A DNA stretch of 64,000 nt from Myxococcota bacterium (GTDB lineage: Bacteria > Myxococcota_A > UBA796 > UBA2385), in the NCBI GenBank assembly GCA_044344255.1, contig JBIJDH010000005.1:160001-224000 (forward strand). The letters run 5' to 3'. The translations under genes and the position numbers were made by a program. Under the pieces are notes generated by a model. The model ran no database searches, was not told the DNA's origin, and saw only the letters and a program-made list of their open reading frames with translations. Below, one piece after another: positions 56,337 to 64,000 of this stretch (within the stretch, counting starts at the first letter, position 1; each line of letters opens with the position of its first letter).

Positions 56337-59300
56337 TCAGGCGCCTCGCCCGAGCTCGAGCTTCAGGGCGTCGGCCTCGGCGCGCCAGGCGGGATCAGCC
56401 TCGAAGCGGAGGGCGAGCCTCAGGGCCTCGAGGCGGAGCTGCCGCAGCCCGGGGAGGGTGGTCCGGTGGAGGGCGTCCCGGGAGACCGAGACCGCGGCCG
56501 GATCTCCCGCCTTGCGGAGGGCCTGACCGAGGTCGAGCGAGGCCCGCGCCGCGAAGGCGGGCAGCGGCGCCGGGGGCCGGAAGAGGGCCGACTGTGCGGC
56601 CTTGATGGCACGGCGGGGGTCGGAGGCGGAGAGGGCCCGCGCGCGCACCGCGGCGTGGGCGGTGAGCGGGTCTTCGAGCAGCATGCGCCCGACCCCGGGG
56701 GGCTCCCGCAGCAGCCCGGCGGCCTCGTCGGGGCGGTCGGCGAGGCAGAGGGCCCGGGCGACGAGGACCACGGCGAGCAGCTCCTGGCCGTTCATCGAGG
56801 CCTGCGCGAAGGGGCGGGCGCCGTAGGTGGCCAGCTCGGCGCTGCGGCTGGCCTCGTCGCGGTCGCCGCGCAAAGCGTGGGCCTCGACGGAGATGGCGAG
56901 GCCGCGCAGCGCCCAGGTCGGGGCGCCGGCCGCGCGGAGGAGCCGCTCGGCCTCGCCGGCGCGCTCGGCGGCCTCCACCAGCCGACCGTCGACGAGCGCG
57001 AGGTCAGCCTGGTGGATGAGCAGGCGGCCGAGGGGGGCTCCGCCGGTCTGCTCCCGGAGGCGGTCCTCGGCGGCCTCGAGGATGTTGCGGGCCTGGGCGA
57101 GGTCTCCCTCGATCTGCGCGGCGGCGGCCCTCCCGAGCGCGGCGTCGGCCTGCAGGGCCCGGCTGCCGGTCTGCTCGCCCAGCCGCTCGAGGGCGTCGAG
57201 CAGGTCACGGGCCCCCGCGAGCTGCCCGCGGTGGAGGCGCGCCAGCATGAGGGTGACGGCGACCCGCGGCCAGAGGGGGTCGCCGGGCGGCAGCGCGGTG
57301 ATGGTGGGGTCGAGGGCCGCCACGGCGCCGTCGCCGTCGCCTCGGGCGGCGCGGACGAGGCCGATGCCTGCCTGGGCGCGCGTCATGCCCTCGGCGTCTC
57401 CTTCGCCGCTGGCCCAGTCGAAGGCCCGCTCCCACGAGCCCAAGGCGCCTGTGAGCTCGCCGGAACGCTCGAGGACCTCCCCCTCCAGGGCGTGGAGCTG
57501 ACCGCGGAGCTTGCGGGCCTCCACGGGCGGGAGGCGGGGCTCGGCGGCGGGCCCGGCGTCAAGGGCCTGTCGGAGCAGGCGGTGGGCCTCGGGGACCTCG
57601 TCTGTGCGCAGCTTTCGGCGGGTGGCGTCGATCAGCAGGGGCCAGGCCTCGGCCACCTGCCCGCCGCGCTGGAGGTGGTGCGCGATGAGCTCGGACCACG
57701 CCCCGGCGCGCCGTCGGGCTCGCCGGCGGAGCGCGGCCGCGGCGCCGCGGTGGAGGGCGATGCGCTGCTCGGGCTCGATCAGGCCGTAGAAGAGCTCGCG
57801 CTGACCGGGGCGGCCGAGCGCGACGAGCTCTTGGACACCCTCCACCCAGGTGCGCACGAGGCCCTCCTCTCCGAGCAGGGCGACCGAGCGTTCGACCGTG
57901 CCCATGTCGAGGCCGGCGGTGTCGGCGATGAGATCAGCGGTGACCTCCATCGCGAGGACGACGACGGCGTCCCAGATCTTGCGGCTGTCGGGGTCGAGGC
58001 CGACGAGGCGCGCCGCCTCCTCGTGGAGCACCCGATCGGGCACCGGAAGGGGCTCCTCGCGCAGGGCGTCGAGGCCGCGGGTGGCGCGGAGGCCCTGTTC
58101 GTCTTCATCCCGGACGAGCCAGCCCGCGCGGATGAGGGCGGCGATGTGCTCGACCACGAGCCCGGGGAGTCCGCCGAGCTCGTCGTGGAGCCGGGCCCCG
58201 AGGGTGACCCCGGCCGCGCCGCCGACGCCCCGGTCGCGCACGAGGGCGATGACGGACTTGCGGTCCAGCGGGCCGAGCTCCAGCACGTCGGGGGAGAGGC
58301 CGGTGGCGGCGCCGGTGCAAAAGGCGGCGACGTCGCCCTCACGGCTCGCCACCGCCGTGATCACGAGCAGGGGCTCCCCCTCGATGGCGACGGCCTGCCG
58401 GACGAGCTCGGTGAGGGCGTCGCGGTCGGCGCCGCCCACCCGATCGAGGTCATCGACCACGAGGGTCCAGGGGCGGCCGCGGGTGCGGGCGCTCAGCAGG
58501 GCGGCGCCGCTCTGGTTGGGGAGGTCGGCGGCGACGGGCACCTGGGCGGCGAGGCGGTCAATCACCCCGGCGTCGGCGGCGCTGGAGGCCACGTCGTGGC
58601 CGCTCTGGCGGGCTTGATCGACCAGCTCGGCGAGGAGGGAGGAGCGGCCGACGCCGGGGTCGCCCTCGAGCACGATCACGCCGCCCCCCAGCGTGGGCAG
58701 GCCCTCGATCCGCCCCAGCAGGCGCACCAGCTCCGCCTCTCGGCCGTGCAGCGGCGACCGCTCTGGGCGCTCCTCCTGATCGAGGGCGGCGAGCACCTGG
58801 CGGGCGCTAGCATAGCGCTGGGATGCGTCCTTTCGCAGCAGCCGCATCGCGATGCGCTCGAGGTGGGCGGGCACCCGGGGATCGATCTCGGAGGGCGCCT
58901 TGGGCGTGTGCGTGAGGTGGCGCGCGAGGTAGCCGGCGATGTTGTCGGCCACGATGGGCCGCTCGCCGGTGAGCATGAGGTAGAGGCAGGCGCCGAGGCT
59001 GTAGAGGTCTGCGCGGGCATCGACCCCCTCCGCCATGATCTGCTCGGGGGCCATGAAGGCGACGGTGCCCACGAGGCGGCCGGCCATCGTGAGCTGCGTG
59101 CTGAACATGCCGCCCTGGGCCTTGACGACGCCGAAGTCGGTGAGCTTGGGGCGACCGTCGGCGGTGACGAGCACGTTGCTCGGCTTGAGGTCGCGGTGGA
59201 TCAGGCCCCGCTCGTGGACATACGCGAGGGCGGCCGTGAGCGCGCGGAAGATGGCCTCGACCTTAGCGAATCGTCCGGCGGGAGGGTCTGACTTCCAGCC

Positions 59301-59618
59301 GTCGAGCACGGTGCCGAGGTCGGTCCCGTCGACGTACTCCATCGCGATCCAGGGGTAGGCCCCGTGGCGGCCGGCCTCGATCACCCGCACGATACCGGGG
59401 TGGTCCAAGTCGCGGAGGGTAAGGAATTCTCGCTTGAACCTTCGCTCCTCCTCGGTGTCGGCCTTGCCGGGGTGCAGGATCTTGAGCGCGACCACCCCGT
59501 GCTCGGCGCTCTCGGCCCGGTACACCGTCGCCATGCCGCCGACGCCGAGCATCTCGGCGAGCGCGTAGGCGCCTACCCGGTCGCCGGGGAGGGGGGGCGG
59601 TGTGACGGCAGGAGGCAT
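56337..59618 (-). CDS. Ser/Thr protein kinase + AAA-like NTPase + TPR-like repeats
   Basis: LGVGGMA, VALK, HRDLKPSN, DFG, MAPE; LHGR, GDPGVGRS, VVDDLD. Confidence 0.9.
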   Translation of the reverse strand: MPPAVTPPPLPGDRVGAYALAEMLGVGGMATVYRAESAEHGVVALKILHPGKADTEEERRFKREFLTLRDLDHPGIVRVIEAGRHGAYPWIAMEYVDGTDLGTVLDGWKSDPPAGRFAKVEAIFRALTAALAYVHERGLIHRDLKPSNVLVTADGRPKLTDFGVVKAQGGMFSTQLTMAGRLVGTVAFMAPEQIMAEGVDARADLYSLGACLYLMLTGERPIVADNIAGYLARHLTHTPKAPSEIDPRVPAHLERIAMRLLRKDASQRYASARQVLAALDQEERPERSPLHGREAELVRLLGRIEGLPTLGGGVIVLEGDPGVGRSSLLAELVDQARQSGHDVASSAADAGVIDRLAAQVPVAADLPNQSGAALLSARTRGRPWTLVVDDLDRVGGADRDALTELVRQAVAIEGEPLLVITAVASREGDVAAFCTGAATGLSPDVLELGPLDRKSVIALVRDRGVGGAAGVTLGARLHDELGGLPGLVVEHIAALIRAGWLVRDEDEQGLRATRGLDALREEPLPVPDRVLHEEAARLVGLDPDSRKIWDAVVVLAMEVTADLIADTAGLDMGTVERSVALLGEEGLVRTWVEGVQELVALGRPGQRELFYGLIEPEQRIALHRGAAAALRRRARRRAGAWSELIAHHLQRGGQVAEAWPLLIDATRRKLRTDEVPEAHRLLRQALDAGPAAEPRLPPVEARKLRGQLHALEGEVLERSGELTGALGSWERAFDWASGEGDAEGMTRAQAGIGLVRAARGDGDGAVAALDPTITALPPGDPLWPRVAVTLMLARLHRGQLAGARDLLDALERLGEQTGSRALQADAALGRAAAAQIEGDLAQARNILEAAEDRLREQTGGAPLGRLLIHQADLALVDGRLVEAAERAGEAERLLRAAGAPTWALRGLAISVEAHALRGDRDEASRSAELATYGARPFAQASMNGQELLAVVLVARALCLADRPDEAAGLLREPPGVGRMLLEDPLTAHAAVRARALSASDPRRAIKAAQSALFRPPAPLPAFAARASLDLGQALRKAGDPAAVSVSRDALHRTTLPGLRQLRLEALRLALRFEADPAWRAEADALKLELGRGA

Positions 59619-59663
59619 CGAGGGGGGAGTCTACACCGGCGGGAGGGCGTGCCGCGTCCGGCT

Positions 59664-62600
59664 TCAGGCGCCGTCACCGCCAGCGCCCGCCTCCGCCTCG
59701 TCGCCGCCGGCCTCGTCCGCCTCCTCTTCCTTGTCGATCTTGTTGGCCTTGTCGGCTCTCTCGATCCGCTCGGAGCGGGCGGGGCGGCTCCGCTGGAGGG
59801 CGGCGAGGCGCTCGTCGCGGGCCGCCTCGGCGCGCTTGCGGACGGTGGCGCGGCTCGGATCGAGGCGCATCACCGTGGCGTAGGCGGTGTAGGCGGCCTG
59901 GGCGTCACCCTCGGCGGCGGCCTGATCTCCCTCGGCCTCGTATGTGTCGGCGAGGGCGGCGGAGGGGCCCGCTATCTCGGGGTGGTGGTGATCCCAGGAG
60001 CGCGCCGTGATGAGGGCGTCGGTCTGCGTGCGGCGATCGGCGGTCGCCTCGGCGGCGGCGAGGTAACAGCCGGCGATCGCGCGCTTCACCCTGGGGAGGC
60101 CGGCCGTCTGCCAGTCTTCGTCTCGAGAGACATGGCGGGTGGCGTTCTTCCATTGGCCCCAGGCCGCCCCGCAGAGGGAGGGGTCTTGGGCGAGCTCGAG
60201 GGCGTTGGAGAGGTCGGCCTCAGCGGCGGCGTGGGCGGCCTCGCGGCTGACGATCTTCACGCGGAGCCCGGTGATGAGCTCTCCGGGCAGGTATCGGAAT
60301 TCGACGGGCGGGAGCTGGACCGCCGGGGGCGCGGCCTCGACCGCCGGGGGCGCGGCCTCGGGGAAGCTGTCGGTGGCGAGGGGCAGGGGCGCAGGCGGGG
60401 CCTCGGGCTCGGGGCCACGGCCGACGTGTTCGATGACCTCACCGGTGGCCTCGTCGAGGAGCACGATGCCCACGTCGTACTCACCCTCCGGCAAGGTGGT
60501 GGGGACGTTGAGGCGGTAGCGGCCGAGCACCTTCTCGTCGGGCTTCCACTCGTCGGGCTTGTACCAGTCGTAGCCGGGGGCGAGCGCGGCAGAGGCCTGG
60601 TGGCCCTGCCCGTCATCGAGGAAGGCGAGGATCCGGAAGCCGGCCTTGCGCGGGTTGGTCTTCCAGGCGGTGTCGAGGAAGAGCTGCCCGCCGGGCGCGA
60701 CCTCGGGGGCGGGCGCGGTGATCGAGAGCAGCCGGAGGCCCTGCTCGAAGCGCGCGGCCTCGGGGCCGAGGGGGGAGGTGTCGGGGAGGGCGAGGAGGTC
60801 CTTGCGGATGTGGTTGCCGACATGGAGCTGCCGGCCGCCGCTCGGGAAGCCGGGGATCTCGATGTAGCGCTCCTTCCAGACCTTGAGCTGCGGGATCTTG
60901 CTCGTCTTGGCCCAGCCGGAGTGGACGTGGGCGAACTCGGGGTTCCGCTCGCCGAAGACGTAGTCCTCCATGAACTCGCGGCTGAAGTCCTTCTGGTGTC
61001 GCGCCATGGTGACATCGACGAGGCCGGCCAGATCGACGATGTCCCAGCCCGAGAAGTACATGTGGGCGCCCATGTCGACGTCGAGCAGCGTGACGTGGTC
61101 GACGTCGAGGCGCTCTTGCACCCAGGTCATGTAGGTGACCCGGCGGTGGACATCGCGGACCGCGGTCTCGGGGGCTTGGGCGAATTCGCTGCTCCGCCAG
61201 GCCTCGACCCCCACCCAGGTGAGCGCGACCGGGGCGAAGGCGAGGAGGCGCCACAGCGGCCGGCGGTCGATGGTCGTGGCATCGGCCTCCGGGCGGGGCA
61301 GGAGGAAGAGGTCGATGAGCTCGCCGAGGCCGAGGGCCAGGAGCGGGAAGAGGCTCACCGAGACGTGGTTGAACCAGCGGTGAGCCTTCATCCAGTCGCC
61401 GCCTGAGTACAGGGCGAAGAACACGGCGAAGGAGGCGCTGGCCCACAAGAGGCAGCGGGCGAGCCAGCCCGGGCGGCCAAAGATCGAGAGGCCGAGCAGC
61501 ACCACCGCGCCGCCGATGCTCCAGACGCGGGCGTTGACCCAGAGCCGCTGCACGTCGCGGAACCAGGCTGGCGGGACGCCGATATACTCCCGACCGTCCC
61601 AGAAGAGCAGCACGCCGAGCACGAGGCAGAGGGGGACGAGCAGCCACTTCCGCCAGCGCGAGAGGCCGAGGGTGGCGATCCCGAGCAGGGGCAGGACGTA
61701 GACGACCCCGTGCGCCTTGAAGTAGTTGTTGATGTACTTCCAGCCGCCGCCTGTCCAGTTCCAGGGCTTGAAGACCCCGCCGCCATCGACCTTCTTGGCG
61801 TAGTACGTGTTCGGGAAGGGCCAGCCGAAGTACGAGTAGCGCCAGGCGTGGAAGAGGGCGGTGGGCAAGAGGAAGGTGAGGAACCAGGCGAGGATCGGCC
61901 GCCAGCGTCGCTGATGGACGTTGCCCAGCGTCACGCCCAAGGCCCCGATGGCGGCGTAGGCCGGGCCCTCCGGGCGGGTCATACAGAGCAGGGACAGCCA
62001 GAGCGCGGAGCGGGGCGGCCCCTTTACGGCGGGGGCCCCCGCGGAGGCGTCGTCGAGCTCCGCCACCACGCCGCGCATCCCGGCGGCGAGCAGCAGGCAG
62101 AACAGCGAGTTCTCGAGGCCGCTGGCGTTCCAGATGACGAACTGGGGGGAGGCGGCGAGCATCAGGGGCGGCAGCAGCGCGACGTCGACGGGCAGCCCCG
62201 GGCGGGCCCGTCGTGTGAGGTCGTAGACCAGGGGCAGCGTGAGCACGCCGAAGACCGCGCCCATGATCTTGGCGCTCGTCCAGGGGGAGACCCCGAGGGC
62301 GTAGAAGATCGCGCAGAGGAAGGTCCACAGCGCGTTCGAGAAGCCCTCGACCCGCTCCCCGCCTGGGTAGGTGGCGAAGCCCTCACCGTCTACGACGTTG
62401 CGCGCGTAGGCGAAGGAGATGCCCGCGTCCTCGATGAAGAAGGGCTGGGGCACACAGTAGACGAGGTAGTGGGCGATGTAGCCCAAGCCTACGAGCCCGA
62501 GGGCGGTGCTGTGCACCCGCCCACGGTCATCCAGAGATCGCCACCAGCGGGCGAGGCGACGAGGCACGTGATCCATCCGCCTGCTCCGCTCCTCCGTCAC
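59664..62600 (-). CDS. Large polytopic membrane protein, GT-C-fold glycosyltransferase-like, with extracytoplasmic C-terminal domains
   Basis: EDAGISFAYARN, GERVEGFSN.LW, SGLEN, TRPEG, PNTYYAK, GGDWM...R, VDLAGLVD. Confidence 0.75.
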   Translation of the reverse strand: MTEERSRRMDHVPRRLARWWRSLDDRGRVHSTALGLVGLGYIAHYLVYCVPQPFFIEDAGISFAYARNVVDGEGFATYPGGERVEGFSNALWTFLCAIFYALGVSPWTSAKIMGAVFGVLTLPLVYDLTRRARPGLPVDVALLPPLMLAASPQFVIWNASGLENSLFCLLLAAGMRGVVAELDDASAGAPAVKGPPRSALWLSLLCMTRPEGPAYAAIGALGVTLGNVHQRRWRPILAWFLTFLLPTALFHAWRYSYFGWPFPNTYYAKKVDGGGVFKPWNWTGGGWKYINNYFKAHGVVYVLPLLGIATLGLSRWRKWLLVPLCLVLGVLLFWDGREYIGVPPAWFRDVQRLWVNARVWSIGGAVVLLGLSIFGRPGWLARCLLWASASFAVFFALYSGGDWMKAHRWFNHVSVSLFPLLALGLGELIDLFLLPRPEADATTIDRRPLWRLLAFAPVALTWVGVEAWRSSEFAQAPETAVRDVHRRVTYMTWVQERLDVDHVTLLDVDMGAHMYFSGWDIVDLAGLVDVTMARHQKDFSREFMEDYVFGERNPEFAHVHSGWAKTSKIPQLKVWKERYIEIPGFPSGGRQLHVGNHIRKDLLALPDTSPLGPEAARFEQGLRLLSITAPAPEVAPGGQLFLDTAWKTNPRKAGFRILAFLDDGQGHQASAALAPGYDWYKPDEWKPDEKVLGRYRLNVPTTLPEGEYDVGIVLLDEATGEVIEHVGRGPEPEAPPAPLPLATDSFPEAAPPAVEAAPPAVQLPPVEFRYLPGELITGLRVKIVSREAAHAAAEADLSNALELAQDPSLCGAAWGQWKNATRHVSRDEDWQTAGLPRVKRAIAGCYLAAAEATADRRTQTDALITARSWDHHHPEIAGPSAALADTYEAEGDQAAAEGDAQAAYTAYATVMRLDPSRATVRKRAEAARDERLAALQRSRPARSERIERADKANKIDKEEEADEAGGDEAEAGAGGDGA

Positions 62601-63328
62601 ATGGTCTTCTTCACGGACTCTGCGGCGGCGGCTTGACCGGCGGCTTCTTTCTTCGCGGCCATCTGGCGCTTCATCTCTTCGAGCTGGGACTTGGCGCCAG
62701 CGTTGGCCGTCTTGGCGCGGATCTTCGCCAGCTTGGCGTCGAGGGACTCGCCCTTGATCTCGGAGGTCACGTCGGCCTCAGCGGCCTTCTTGTGGATGCT
62801 CTCGCGCACGTTCTCGAGGGCCTTGATGTCGGCGTCGGTGCTGAGGCCGTCGAGGGACTCCTGGATCTTGATCCGGGCCTCGGCGTTCGCCTTCTTGGCG
62901 AGCATCGACTCTTTCTCGCGCTTGAGCTTCTCGATCTCGCCCTGGAAGGTGAGCAGCCCCTTCTTGGACTCCTCCGCCTGGGTGCTGATCTTGTCGAGCT
63001 CGGCTTTCAAGTTGGTGATCTGGCCCTCGAGCTCCTCCTTCTTCTGGATGAGCACAAGCGCGGCCTCGTCTTCGCCCTCTTCGACGGCGATGGGCAGCGA
63101 GAGGCAGACCTCCTTGTAGTCTTTCTCCTTCGCCTCGAGCTCGGACTGGATCTTGTTGCGCAGGTACACGATGCCGCTGACGGCCTTCTTCAGCTCGCCG
63201 TGCTTCTTGATGCGCTCCTCGATCGCGCCTTCGTAGACGGCCTCGGGGTTCTTGGCCTCCACGCCGGAGATCCAAAGGCCGATGAAGCCCTTCCAAACCT
63301 GACCCAGCCGTTCGAACAAGCCCGCCAT
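62597..63328 (-). CDS. pspA: PspA/IM30-family protein
   Basis: MAGLFERL amphipathic N-terminus, NPEAV, GEDEAA, long coiled coil, 243 aa. Confidence 0.85.
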   Translation of the reverse strand: MAGLFERLGQVWKGFIGLWISGVEAKNPEAVYEGAIEERIKKHGELKKAVSGIVYLRNKIQSELEAKEKDYKEVCLSLPIAVEEGEDEAALVLIQKKEELEGQITNLKAELDKISTQAEESKKGLLTFQGEIEKLKREKESMLAKKANAEARIKIQESLDGLSTDADIKALENVRESIHKKAAEADVTSEIKGESLDAKLAKIRAKTANAGAKSQLEEMKRQMAAKKEAAGQAAAAESVKKTM

Positions 63329-63531
63329 CTGCTACTCCTGCCGCCACGCGTCGCGCCGGGGTTCGGCAAAGCTACTGTGCGCCCGAAGCGGGCGCAACAC
63401 GCTACGCCGTGGCTATGCGGCTATTGCAGGCCTGTCACGCAGCCCTCTGCGGGCCGGACGGCAGGGGTGGACGGCGGGGTGGACGAGGCGACCCATGCGA
63501 CCGCCGAGGGCAGCGGTTACCCTCCGTCGTC

Positions 63532-64000
63532 ATGATCGAACGCCGCTCCTCTCCGCCTCCGAGCTGCGCTGCCCGTCCAGCGGCGCGCCGCTCCGCCTCG
63601 CCGCCCTGGCAAGGGTTGGTCCTCCTCGGCGCCCTCGGCATCGGCCTGCCGGAGGGGGCCTTCGCAGACACGGGCGCCCTCGACACGGGAGACACCGGGT
63701 CGGGAGAGGTGGAGCTCCCGGTCGCCCTCGCCGGCCTGCCCCTGCTCGCCTACCCCGACGACACCGTGCAGCTCGACGGCTCCGCCTCCTATGACCCCTC
63801 GGGTGCCCCCATCACCCGCTGGCTGTGGAGCCAGGTGGGGGGCCCCGAGGTCGAGCTGTCGGGCGTGGACACCCCCACGCCGCAGTTCAAGGTGAAGGAC
63901 CCGGGCACCGTCTCGGTCTCCCTCGTGGTGAGCACCGCGACCGGCAGCTCCGCCCCCGACGTCGTGGATGTGGTCGTGGTCGATCCCGAGGCCGGCACCC
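63532..64000 (+). CDS. Exported PKD/K319-like domain protein (runs off the window)
   Basis: Own translation from ATG 63532: hydrophobic signal, then PVALAG...VQLDGSASYDP...WLWSQVGGPEVEL...TPTPQF. Confidence 0.8.
   Translation, partial: MIERRSSPPPSCAARPAARRSASPPWQGLVLLGALGIGLPEGAFADTGALDTGDTGSGEVELPVALAGLPLLAYPDDTVQLDGSASYDPSGAPITRWLWSQVGGPEVELSGVDTPTPQFKVKDPGTVSVSLVVSTATGSSAPDVVDVVVVDPEAGT

Noticed and set aside
63380..63420. Sigma54 promoter for pspA
   Set aside because: The best GG...TTGC match on the minus strand has 11 rather than 10 bases between GG and GC.

Overview
Very GC-rich bacterial DNA with a Myxococcota-like gene repertoire (large Ser/Thr kinase-NTPase-helical-repeat proteins, a CarD/CdnL-type factor, many lipoproteins); this assignment is inferred from gene content only. 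About 49 CDSs can be supported. I saw no rRNA, tRNA, CRISPR array, integrase or transposase. The first 12 kb is accessory. (i) A RegB/RegA-type two-component pair sits next to an MbnP/MbnH copper-handling cluster, with three exact GCGGC-N5-GTCGC (RegR-box-type) sites in its promoter regions. (ii) A compact candidate RiPP cluster has a sigma54-type promoter, a 38-aa peptide, a hairpin, a prolyl-4-hydroxylase-like 2OG-Fe(II) oxygenase and an atypical MvdC/MvdD-like ATP-grasp ligase. (iii) A compositionally distinct, translationally coupled HEPN-like / ParA-like (KGGAGR) / P-loop ATPase triad looks like a defence system. The rest is mostly housekeeping (rpoZ, nhaA, rdgB, carD, lptF/G-like pair, M1 aminopeptidase, ALDH, serA, serC, ABC-F, ctaA, pspA). 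Notable exceptions are a full-length GluRS paralogue lacking both class I signature motifs, a Uma2 nuclease / NACHT-LRR pair, a double ATP-grasp/esterase operon, twin exported amidohydrolases beside a GT-C-like protein, and a pseudokinase. All family calls come from motif recognition by eye; no searches were run.
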